From Vitrella brassicaformis CCMP3155 (taxonomy: Eukaryota > Protista > Chromerida): DNA of 64,000 bases. The DNA lies in NCBI GenBank assembly GCA_001179505.1, contig CDMY01000247.1, positions 1-64,000 of the forward strand. Reading direction: 5' to 3'. Shown one piece after another: positions 46,722-58,235 of this stretch; position 1 is the first letter of the stretch; each line of letters begins with the position of its first letter. Position numbers and translations under genes: made by a program. The notes under the pieces were generated by a model. It saw nothing but the letters and a program-made list of their open reading frames with translations. It was not told the DNA's origin and made no database searches.

Positions 46722-49700
46722 ATGACGACTGGCATGACGGCGCAGGAGAAGCTCGAGCAAGCCAAAACGATTGGGGACATGGTCTTGATAGTTATCGAAC
46801 CCAGACTCCGAAAGGTCGAGGACTCCATCACCAAGTGAGCCACCAAGGGCACACGGGGCAGGGACCAGTGCAGATGGGCACACGGATGACCGCTCCTGTG
46901 TTTGATGGCTTCAGGATTCAGCAGGACGCATGCAGACAGGCGGAGGAGACCGCTGCTGCCCTCCGTGTCATCGACCGTCGGCTGACTGTGGTAAGGCGGA
47001 TGACACAGTGCAGAAGCCGCCGACGCACTCGCCATCCCCTCTTCTCTGTCGCTGCCTGTGTGTCGCTCCCGTCAGGTGGAGACGTACATTCGCAGCGAGT
47101 CATCGAAGAAGGCCCTTTTCAAGAGCGAGGATCCCCTCGCTGCCACGAGCAGCGGCACCCGCACCATATCGAACTCATCCGCCTCGGCGCCCCCCTCGCC
47201 CTTGGGCATGCCTAGCACCAGCAACATTTCAGTACGGCCCTTAGTGCAGCACCAGCTTCTGATCGACACGGATTCTACTAGGTCGTTGCACCGCAACTCT
47301 TCTTCTGCTGATTCCTTGCAGCGGAAGGGTCTGGGTGTCGGTGTGGTGAGTCGCCCCGTGGCTGGGTCTTCCCGTTCCTCGACGGAGCTGACGCTGCCCA
47401 CGCCGTCAACAGCCGAGTCGGCTGCTGGCACCTCGCTGCGTTTGGAGCAGGGACAGGGGCAGCGCGGCATCGGCCCCATCACCCCACGGCCGCCGGCCAT
47501 CCAGACCGACATCACGGCCAAGGCTCTGGGCAACGGCGGACTGAATCTGATGAGCCAGGCTCCTCCGAGCGACGGCGGGGTGAAGCTGATGTCTCTGCCG
47601 CTGCCGAGCCGTCCCAGCGCCATCCGCCCGCCGTCCATGGGGCTGGAGCCCATCGCAGAGGGGAAGTCGTCGCCTGGCGATTTCACCAACTCGCCGCCGG
47701 TGGGGCCTGGCCTGGACAGCGGCAGCGCTTCTAGCATGGATGGAGGAAACAACCAGGAGGAGGGAGGAGGACTGGACCTGGGGCTGATTGAGGAGGACAG
47801 CGAGGTGAGCATGACACCACTGAGAGAGAGGGGTGCACAATGCACTCATGGTGTCATTGGATGTGTGGCTGATCAGGTTGATCAGGCCGGGCAGGGCGAA
47901 GGCCAGGTTGACGAGGCCGATCAGGATGGTGAGGGGCAGGTGAGCGCGTCTCCCTCTTCGCCAAAGACGGTCCGCTTCGAGGAGGAGAACCCCAGCCCGC
48001 CGCAGATGGCACCACTCCCACTCCCACTCTCACTGTCGCTCGCACCAAAGACGACGCTGCCTGGGGTGGTTGCTCCCCTGCAGCCCCTCCAGCAGCCGCC
48101 ACCACCGCCCGTGGACCGACAGGTGACCGGCAGCGGCAGCACCGCAGGCCGCCGTTTCTCTTTCGATCCGAGCCCCTCGCTGTCACTGGCCATCCCTGAT
48201 GGCGACGTTTCGGGCGAATATGGCAATCGCACCCGCACAGGTGAGGGCAGAGAGAGGGGAGATGCGCCCATGTATCTGCATGGTGAAGACGTCTCCCCCT
48301 CGTTTGTTTGTCTGAGTGTGCAGTTGGAGAGAATAGTGTGGCTGGTGTTTCTGCGAGAGTTGGCGGCAGGTCTCCCCACGGCTTCTCCTTCCCGACGACG
48401 GTGCGCCCGGCTGCTCCCAACGGTCTCACTCTGGTGGTGCCCAAAAATAGCGCGGCGCCCTTCGCCGCCCTCACGGCATACCACGCACCCAAATGCGCAC
48501 CCAAATACGCACCGCCTGCACCCAAGACCACCACTGTGAGAGGCAAGACGAACCAGCAGCAGGCGCAGACGGAGGGGGATGGGGCCAAGCTTCGCGGCTC
48601 GGAGGGAGCCAACGACCAGCGCTGCCTGTCGCCCTTCAGCAACCTCACAAACCGCCGCCCCGGCCGCCCCAGCGACGGCCTGAGTCCTTTGAGCAAGCGC
48701 CGAGACACCAACCAGATCAACCAGGCCCGCCCCGTATCGTCGCGCACCAAGTTCGGTTCGCCCGTTTTGCAGATGCGTGAGCACCGATATGTCAAGCCGC
48801 GGCCCGCTGCTTGGGAGAAGGATTTGCGTGGCGAGGGCGAGCCGAACGGTTGGGTGGACAAGGCCAGGGAGGAGATGGACCGGCTGAATAGTGAGATGCG
48901 TGAGGTGCTGTGGCGGTTGATGTCTCTGGGGATTCACCTCAAGGACACATTGAAGCTCATCACGGCGCAGGCCCAGCAGACTGGTGGGTGGTGGACTGTA
49001 CGCACGACACACACGATGAAGAGAAGGGGGAGGGGAGAGGGGGGAGGACAGCTCTGTGTGTGGGGGGGTTTGTGTCTGTCTGTGCAGGTTCTGCTCGTGA
49101 TTTGTTGTTGGCCAAGTCGGCCCTGGAGGCCATTGAGCGTGGGGAGCCTGGGATCCGCGAACACTGGACGACACTCACGGGAAAAGACCCCACTACACAG
49201 GTAGGGGACCAGGGGGGTGGGGTGGGTTGTGAGAAGAAGAGACATGTCAACAGAGAGAGGGTTTGGATGGATGTGTGGCCGTCTATACGCGTCAGATGAA
49301 TGCCATGCCGTTGGCTAAGCTGGTCGGAAAAGGCACTTCTCGCTGGGCTATCACGGGCCAGGTGAGGCAGTGGAGCTTTGTCTGGGAGACATGGAGAGGC
49401 TGCACTCACTGGATGGATGGATGGGTGGATCGTTCGTTGGTTGGTTGTCTGTCTGTCTGTCTGTTCTGCAGGCCCAGATGTCCAGCAGTGAGCACACCAT
49501 TACGTTGACGCGATACGCCATCAAAAAAGGACTACTGTAAGCCACCGACACGACCATTTCCACACACCATCACAGACGAGACACATTTCGCTCCTCTGCT
49601 CTCCTGTGTGCAGGGACGAGGCCTGGGTGATTGCCAAAGGCCTGTCCATGCACAAGTAGTCCACACAAGACAGTCCCAAACCACATCAATGTGGCCATGC

Positions 49701-49917
49701 ACACATGCCCATGTGGCTTGCTCACAGGGAGTTGAAGATCATCCGCCACAGTCTGCTCGAGCGTTTGGGCAAGATCAAGGGCGTCTCCCGCACCCCTCCC
49801 TCCATCACCGACAGCGTGCCCCAGGTGCCAGACCTCAACCTGCAACTCTCACCCGCACAGCCCAACGACCTGCACCACGATGTGCAAGACCAGGCCGAGC
49901 AGAACGGCGGCGAATAG
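46722..49917 (+). CDS. Large hypothetical protein: helical N- and C-termini, Ser/Pro-rich disordered centre
   Basis: Long open exons (47075-48230, 48330-48980) plus many short GT-AG-bounded exons. No domain recognised. Confidence 0.6.
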
Positions 49918-50241
49918 AAAAGATACCAAACACACACATAGAATGACTCAACTGAACGAACGAATCGGACGCATCGCAGAATTAATTGAAGTGCTGATTG
50001 AATCAACGTTCATGGCCATCGCCTTGCGCTCAGCGTCAGGTCTCTCCCCCCCTCCCCCCTCCCCCCAATGCCCATGTCATCCATCCGCACTGTACAACCA
50101 GAGTGACAAAAGCGCCAGCACCATCGTGCAGGGACGCGTTGCAAGGAAGAGCCAAGGCAGTACAGCCAGCCAGCCAACCAAGCCTCGCCCAGACCTGGCT
50201 ACAACCCCATCCAGCAGCTATCTGACCCGACGCCCGAGATC

Positions 50242-51066
50242 TCATCTCTTGAGATGCCCCTCCTTCTTGATGTCCTTCTTGACGCGCTGGCTCCCCCCGC
50301 CTCCTCTCTTGGTCCAGCTCGACTCGGAGGCGCCCTTGCCGCTGCTCGCGGTGGCCTTCTTCTGGGTCCTGGTCTTCTTTGTGGTCGTCTTGTCGGTGCT
50401 CCCGGCCGCTGCCCCGCCGGTGACCTCCTGCTCGCCGAGCTCGTCCTCCCGCTGCACAAACACATACTTGGATGCCTCCTTCGACAGACGGAACTGAACC
50501 GCCATCTCAAACGCCGTCTGCACCACTCCACCACACAGCACACAAGAGACTCTCTGAGTGGTGCAGAGCGTGGCTGTGGCGGGTCACACGTGTGTGGGGG
50601 GCATGTGTGTACCTGGGAGCCAAGCGTTGAGACGGCGAAAGATTTCCGCCGTTGTTTGCCGCCCTCGTCCCACACGGCCCGCCAGGCCCGCATGCTCTTG
50701 TCATAGTGCACGCCACGCACCGGGCTCTTCACCGGCCCATAGCGCTTCTGCGCCGCCCGGCCAGCAGCCTCCTTGGCCTGCCGCAGCTCGATGGCCCGCT
50801 GCTTGGCCTCCTCAAAGCCATGCTCCGACGCCTTGAACTCCTCCATACGCTGCTTCCCGTCTTCGTACCTACGATGACGATGCAAACACACACACAGGAC
50901 AAAGGCCCTTTGGATGGTGTGGGAGTGTGATTGTCGGCGTGCGTGCGTACCATCGAGCCTGCCAGGTGCGCTTGTGTCTGTCTCAGCCGACGCCGGTCAC
51001 GCCGCTCTCGTACACCGGCAGCCGCACAAGCGTCCTCTCACCACCGGTTGCTGCTGATGATGTCAT
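50242..51066 (-). pseudogene. ApiAP2-type factor with two tandem AP2 domains; in-frame TGA (50983-85) in domain 1
   Basis: SGVTGVG*DRHKRTWQARW|YEDGKQRMEEFKASEHGFEEAKQRAIELR, then SPVRGVHYDKSMRAWRAVWDEGGKQRRKSFAVSTLGSQ|TAFEMAVQFR, followed by a Lys-rich tail. Confidence 0.8.
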
Positions 51067-51381
51067 ACGGAAGGACGGTGGGAAGAAGAAACCAGATGAA
51101 GCGAGAAGATGGCGGGACGGTGAACTCCCCTCGAAGCGGAAAACCTCAAGCACTGCCCTCCTCTGCCCTCCTCCTTCCCATCTAAGCTCGCAAAAGACGG
51201 AGGAAGAGAAAAGAGAAGGAGTCATCGATGATAGCATGGTATTGATATCTTCACTTTCGATACAGATTGAAGCGATGAATGGTGAGGGAGCAGATCAGGG
51301 GCACAGATCTGGCTGCACTCATGGCATGGAATCCCCGTTCCGATGGTTGTGTGATGGTTGCCTGCAGGTCAGTAGCCCTCC

Positions 51382-52982
51382 ATGGGCAACAACCCGTCCC
51401 TTGGGAGCGCTCTCGGCGACTGCATTGTCTGCGTTCAGCGGGACAAGGAGGCTGACGCCGATGAGGATCAGCTGGCGAGGCTGCGGGCGGCCCTTCCGCC
51501 GCTCCCTGAGAGGCCGGTGCGTCGGCTGCACGTGCATCTGCTCAACTCAAGCAGACTTGAAGAGGACCTCACAGGTGGACAAAACACGCCAACTGCGTGC
51601 TCTCGTGTATGGGGCCTCTCTCTGTCTGTGTGTGTCTACCAGCGTTATGTGAGGCGCCGAACAAGGTGCTGGTGACGCTCCTTCGCACGCCCCACTTCAT
51701 CCAGGAGAACGCCCTCTCCCACGGCTTCCTCGACGTACTCGCCATCATCGCCGACACAGCTGACAGCGAACCATCCAGATCCACAGCCGGCCCCCCTCTC
51801 CTCACCGACCCTCCCCACCCCCACCACTCCCACTCCTCTCGCCCCTCTGGGACACTCCGGCCGGCCTATCGCGTCGAGCACGTCGAGTGGGACAACTGCC
51901 CGTCTGACTTCTTCGCCAAGCGTCTGGAGTACTACATCTCGTCTGCATGGCGGAGTCGCGGCGTGGCCTTCATGGGCGCGTTGCTGGAGCTGTCTGTCCA
52001 CGGCAGCCACGCCCACACGATCGTCATGCGTGACAGGCCCATCGACCCCGCTGAGTGCGGCACACGAGTGTCGGTGCACCCCATCGAGGCGCCCGTCATG
52101 ACGCCCTCGACCACCTCTGACGGCCATGAGGCCTCCGCGGCCTCGTCGTCGTGCGACAACGGGAGGGAGAAAGTGGACGAGGTGCAGGCGGTGATGGACT
52201 TCTGCGACGCCGTGTCCGACAAGCTCAACGCCGACCCCTACAGATTCATCACCCATACCTTTCTGCACCAGCCGCCGTCCACGGCAGCCAGCGCACTCCC
52301 CACCATGCCCTCCCTCGTCACCGTGTGGCAGCGCTCCGCCACCCCCCGGCAGTATTGCGTGCAGGCGCTCGACCTGGCCTCGTTTGACATGAGTGAGTCC
52401 GACGGGTGGCTGGGGGCCGTGGGCGACATGATGACAGAGTGTCTGCTGGGCGCTGAGGAGCAGCGGCGGATGATTGCTGCCGACCGGCTGGAGAGGCAGC
52501 GGGAGGTGGAGGGTGTGGTGCCGATGCCAATGCCGTTTCCCGAGGCGGCGCCGGCGGAGGCAATGGGGAGGGGAGAAGGGAAGTCTGACAGCTCGGAGGA
52601 GGGAGACACTGGCGAAGACAAATACCGCAGGTCACACACAGCGCCCCCTCACAAGTCTGTCTGACCATCTGTGTGTTTTTCGTTCAGGTTTGTCTGTCTC
52701 CTTCCCACCCCGCCGCCGCTCTCCTCCCTCCTCCCATCCGCCGCCCTCGGCCTCTCGTCGCCCCACCACACAAAGCAGCACCCCCACACAGCCATCGACC
52801 TGTTCGCCAACGAGGCGGCCCTGCTGGCCGTCTACGAGAGGGTGGTGACGGACCGACAGGCCATGCCGCCCATGCCGCTGTCGCCGAGGCTGAGGAAGAC
52901 GGCGGGCGGCGGGGGCAAAAGGGGCGGCGGCCGGGTGTCCTTCTGTGAGCCGTTGGGACTGATTGGGACGAGGGAGCATTAG
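51382..52982 (+). CDS. Hypothetical protein with possible N-terminal acylation signal
   Basis: MGNNPSLGSALGDCIVCV start, a long central exon (about 51640-52630) and a third exon. No domain recognised. Confidence 0.6.
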
Positions 52983-53337
52983 GTAGCTAGACCTCGATTG
53001 TGTTGTGGTTGGTGTACAGGTTGCTGAGAGGGGATGTGTTGTGTGTGAGGTGTGATGTTAGAGAGGTGGTTTGTGTGTGGTGGGCAGACGTCGACTGCTT
53101 CATCAAAAAGGGTCTGAGTGATGTAATCGGTTTTGAGAAGAGCGGTCTGTACGACGCTGATCATCAGTGGACCAAAATGGACAGAACCTCCTCTTCCGGC
53201 GACCAACGCAGCGAATGGGCCGATGTGTGAATTCAGTCGATTAGCTCGATGTCTGTCTCCGTGCATATGTGAATTGGCCATGCATCGCACTTGATGTGTT
53301 CTCCGTCCGCCCGAGAGCCATGCAGCTGTTGTCACTT

Positions 53338-56300
53338 CTACTTGATCTTCGCCTCCATCTTAGTCAACCGCTCGTCCACCTGTTTAAGTTGTGCTTGCAT
53401 CTCGGTCTGTCGCTTATCCATCTGTTTAGTTGTGTCTGTATTTCGGTTTGCATCCTCTCCAAGACTGAATGAAGAGAACAAAAGCAGATGAAGACATGTG
53501 CGCACGGTTCGTGCATGTAGTGTTTGTCACCTGGCAGCATCTCGGATCGAAGGGCTGCAGGACAGTGAAAAAACCGTGCTCATCCTCTGATGTGATGGGT
53601 CTGTCAGTGTGTTGTACGTGTCTCACCAGTCATGATGTCCGGAGATGTCGTGTCGTGATGATCCGCGGCCTCCATCCACTTGTCGATGCGATCTTTGTAT
53701 CCACCAAAACCATCCCGTGCGTCACGCCTCTTTTCGGCTTTCTCCTCCTCAGTGTCCTCGGACGATTCCTTTGGCACCACACACAGATTCGATTGCTGGA
53801 GGGGATAATGCATTTGGAACTCTCACCTCTGCTGTGGCGTATACGTACAGAAGCCACAAGGGCATCACGAGGATGATCAGAAGCATTTTGAATGTCTCCC
53901 AGTACTTTCCAGCCCGTATGCACTGTTGAAGCTCCTCCAGCTGACGGTAGATGGCTATTGGAGTAAAGGCGACGGCAAACAGGAGCGCATCGACGGTGCA
54001 GTAGAGGGCCTTCATCGACCAGAAGGCAATGCGGCAGAGTGCCGACTGACGTCCGCTGATGAGGGAGGCGACATAGCGCAGGGGCTGCGACACGACCAAA
54101 GCTGCGCACACACACAGATGCTCACAGTGTGGTGGGTGCAGCTGTGTCTCTTGTCGGTGGCACCGACCGATGAGGTTGAATGGCGGCGGGAGGCGTTCGT
54201 GGTGCGGCATTGTGAGGTACTCATTCAACACGCGAACGCGCAGCAACCTGCACTCAGTCATACACCACCGGACAAAGAGAGAGCCCTTATGTGCCTGACC
54301 CTGTCATCTGTGTGTCTTTCTGTCCCCCTTGTCTGTCTCGGTTGCTTGTCTCTCACTGATATTGGGCTGTTTGTGTCTGCTCGATGGCCGCATACGTCGA
54401 CGCCTGACAGAGAGAGAGACACACACACAGGACCATTGATCTGCTCGATGTCCCTTGTGTCTGTCTCACCATGATGGCGATGAGCAGGTTGAGCTATCGA
54501 GGCGGACAGAGAGAGACAACAAAGGGACTCCTTGTGTGTGGCTCGTTTAACTGGACGAGTGTTGCTGAGCCTTCCGTACCAGTATGATGGAGGAGAGGAT
54601 GACGTATGTGAACAGCAGGACGGTCCCCAGCGTGTCGTGGCTCTCGATGGCGTTGTTCAGCGCCTCATTGAAGTCGCCAAGACCCCCGTAGAAACTAACG
54701 CAGCCAACCAACAGCATGACGACTGGCGCTCTCTCTCTCTGTGTGTGTCGGTGTCATCGAGTACAGTGTGAGCGTGGCTTTGGCGAAGGAGCCGAAGTAC
54801 TGGTGGTCTTCGTCGGACGAGAGGAGGGTGAAGACGACCGCGAAGACCAGCAGGATGTAGACGTACAGACACAGAAACATGCTGATGTCCGAAAACATCC
54901 TCACAACCGCACTGACACAAACACCCCCATCACACACAGCATCAGACATGACCTCTCTGTGTCTCTCTCACTGACAGTATGAGTGGTCCGACGGCTGGGT
55001 GCAGGCTGGCGGTTTGGAGGAGCCGCAGCGCAAAGAGCAGCGCTATGACGATCCCTGAGCTCACTTCCGCCTCCTCCGACGACCAGCCAGTGAAGTGGAT
55101 GGCAATGAAGGCGATGATGGCCAGCGAACTTCCAGCATCCACCCAGTTCCTTCATCGGCCCACACCAACAGCACACTACTCAAGCTGCCAACACGAAGCC
55201 TGACGCGTACCATGAGTCGTCCCAGTACGCTGCCTTCCGTCTGAAGCCCTGCACACACACAGAGAACGATGATGTTGATCAGTCATTCGTGTCTCCTGTG
55301 GTCTGTCTCACCTGGAACACTTCCAGAAGGACGAAGCCCATGCCGGTCAGCACTGCGCCCCACAGCCACACCGCCGGCCAGCCCCCCGCCATCATCACGT
55401 CGCTGTCTCCCTTGATCGACTCGATGTGCAGCAGCACAAAGGCCACCCTGCAACACACACAGACAGATAGAGATGCTTCTCTCTGCCTGCATCGTTGTCC
55501 ATGGCTGCAGCCTTACATCAGCAGCATTGACAGCACGCGGCTGATGAAGACATCACGGGGTGACAGCTTGACCCTCCAGCCTTCATAGTTTTTCTTCCAA
55601 TGCTTTGTGACGAGATTGATGCAGTTGGCTTTCGCAATCATTGGCAGAGAGAGGCAGGAGAAATGAGCGGACCGACAGAGAAACGAGGAGATCGCTTGTG
55701 CGGCTTACCTTGGGTGACGACGGTCAGGGGCTCTGCAGACTCGAGCGCCGCAAACCATTCCCTCTCTTTGCCTGCAAGTGACTCCTCAAAGCGGTATTCC
55801 GATGTATCGCTGCAGAAATTGGCTGTCAGGGCCTGAACCGATTGACAATCAATGCAGCAGTGAAGACTGCTGCGCTCTGTGTGTCCGTCATGATCTACCT
55901 CCTGCCAATTGGAAACATTGGCAAGGTCGTCTGTGACGGAGTCCTTCGGGCGCAATTTCATCAGTTTGCGGAAGACGGCACAGAGGCGAAGGCTGTCGAG
56001 GCCCAGCGAATCAGAGTGCTCCTTCAGGAACCCCTTCGCCACGGGCACCACCTTATTGAGTCCTTGAGCCTTCACACCCATTTTCACGCCTCGGTCGAGT
56101 AGCTCCATGGCTACGTCTCCGGCCACGGCAGCCATCGCTACGACGGCTGACGGATGTCTGCCAAGGGCATCATCCAGGGGCGTCATTCCGCTCTGTCAGA
56201 GTCACGGGCCGGGACAATATCGACACGCAGCTCGACAGGTGCAGTGCAGCCTACCTTGTCTTTGATCTTCAGGAGCTGCGGGTTCATCCTCAACATCCAG

Positions 56301-57370
56301 TAGACCACATCGGCCTTGCCCCACTCTGCAGGAGAGAGCGAAGAAAGACACATCGAAGACTCATGCAGTTGTGTGGTCGTCATTTGCAGGAGTGACTGAC
56401 TTGCTGCCCAATGAAGAGGCGTCCAGCCATCCTGAATCACAGCATCAAAAAGACACATGCTGTCCAATGCACTAGTCGACATTCCCTCGTCCTTACCTTG
56501 GTCCGAGCTTCCAGCAGCTCCTTGCCGCCCCACTCGACAAACTTCTCCACAACACCAACAGACCCGTTCTGTGCTGTCAAATGAAGAGGCGTCTGGCCAT
56601 GCTGAACCACAGCATGAAGATAGGAGTGAAAACACCGGTCGGCGAATGGGCAGAATGAGTGTAAGTGTTGAGCATGATACCTTATTTTTCAGGTTGAGCA
56701 GGTGGTGTCGGTTGTGCAGCAGCACCTCAAACACAGCCACGTCCCAACACTCCCCTGAGAAGCACACAAGGGTCACGTGGCTGCATTGTGTGTGCAGTGG
56801 TGCGACGAGGCATACATGCGGCATAATGGACGGCATGGTCATCCTTTGAGTAGCCGTATCCAGTCGTCAGCACTTTCTCGGCTTGCTCAGGCGACAGACC
56901 GGCGAGGGCCTCCCGCAGACCCGACGCATCTGACCGAAGGATAGCCGTCTCAATGGTGTCTCTGAGGGCTTTCGTCGGTTCCCAATCGTCGGCGGCCGGG
57001 GCACCCACCAAGGGCACCTGCAGATGAAACACAGAAGTCCAAGAGATCTCTCAGAGCGTGTGACCGTGCCGCGGTCGGCATCACAGCCACAGACCTGCTC
57101 GATGCGTCTCGGTGCCCTGGTGATGTCATCGGTGACGTCCGGCAGCTGGGGCTCCATCAGCCCCTGCTCATCGTCCTGCAGCAGAGGGACCTGGTCACTC
57201 GAGGCCGACGCTGACATCTGCGATGCATTGAGGGAGGGAGGGACACAGACATCAGAGGCCGATGACCACACACGCAGAGATGCACTAGGAGCATTGCAAG
57301 GTGACCTTGGGATGGCCCGTCTGTGTGTGGTGGATGGCCTGCTGTGCGGCAGCGTCGCCCTCGTCGACTC
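53338..57370 (-). pseudogene. Ankyrin-TRP channel paralog 2; exon 1 truncated at about 57370 and a 1-nt deletion near 53428
   Basis: Exon-by-exon colinear with paralog 1 (GWTPLHWAA, LNLLIAIM, RVRVLNEY). The lesions were identified by comparison with paralogs 1 and 3 and with an internal repeat. Confidence 0.8.
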
Positions 57371-57377
57371 TGCACCT

Positions 57378-58235
57378 TGTGTAGAGCTGTGCTTGGCTTG
57401 TATGCATGTGTACGATCTGTGTCAACCGATGGGACGGACACTGACTCAATGAACCTGCACTGTCTGTCTTGTACACACACTCACCATGAAAGCAGCCCAC
57501 TGTGACGTGTTTGAGTGATTCGGATGTGTGATGAGGCAGGCTGATAGCCAGCTCTGATGGCTGTGTGCTCCGCCCACTGACGCCGGCGGGAAGACAGCCC
57601 GTCCATACGTTGCCTGTACAAAGTCTTCATGGGCTGTTTTCATGGTGTGATACATGAAAGTGAGTCAAAGAGACACGAATGATTGAGTAGGGAAGCAGTG
57701 ACATGAAACTGGTCATTCATTGACTCACTCAGTGCAAATATGGTGTTTGACTGATGATTGACTCACTCATACGGCTGTTTGCCTGGATTGCTTGTGTGTG
57801 CAGGTGTCATGCAGCCTGTGAGCGTTGAATGTGGTGTTTGCGGCGGCGTCAGTGACTGATTCGTCTTCCTGCTTGACCCTTTCACTGCAGAAGTCTGCGG
57901 AGATTGCTTGGATTCTCCAGACGAGCAGAATGTAGGGTTTGACAAACCCCGAAGGGTCATAAACCCTACACAACGAACCCTCTCCGCCAGCCAAGTGGTC
58001 ACAGGGTGAGATGCAGCCGCAGCACATCCCCAGTAAGCAGCCTTCATCCACCGGCACATTGGTCTCGATGTATGTGTGTTTGTCTGTGTGCCATTCAGGC
58101 GACTCCACGGCAGTGAGCGGAGTGAGCGGGTCGGGCGGCGCCATGACGCCCAGCCGAGAGGGCGAGGAGGTCAGGGCGGCCGCTGAGGCCGACGGTGACG
58201 ACTGGGGAGCCAAACCGACGGCAAACAAGACTGCA
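57378..58235. repeat. Segmental duplication of pieces of 10070-12000 (part direct, part inverted)
   Basis: 57378-57530 matches 11795-12000 (direct), 57780-57860 matches 10560-10650 (direct), and 57865-58235 matches 10070-10450 (inverted). Confidence 0.9.
57944..57969 (+). promoter_or_regulatory. Clustered GGGTTT/AAACCC (telo-box-like) motifs just upstream of ATG 58011
   Basis: agggtttgacaaaccccgaagggtcataaacccta. Similar clusters precede starts at 10288, 16121 and 42388/42575. Confidence 0.35.

Noticed and set aside
47072-49174. Long minus-strand ORFs (257, 335, 417 aa)
   Set aside because: They are antisense shadows of GC-rich plus-strand exons. Splice signals support the plus strand.
14310-50985. 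Genome-wide stop-codon reassignment (TAG or TGA as sense)
   Set aside because: Intact genes here terminate normally at TAG (18173, 25912, 41001) and TGA (22930, 29980, 60891), and they use TGG for Trp without internal stops.
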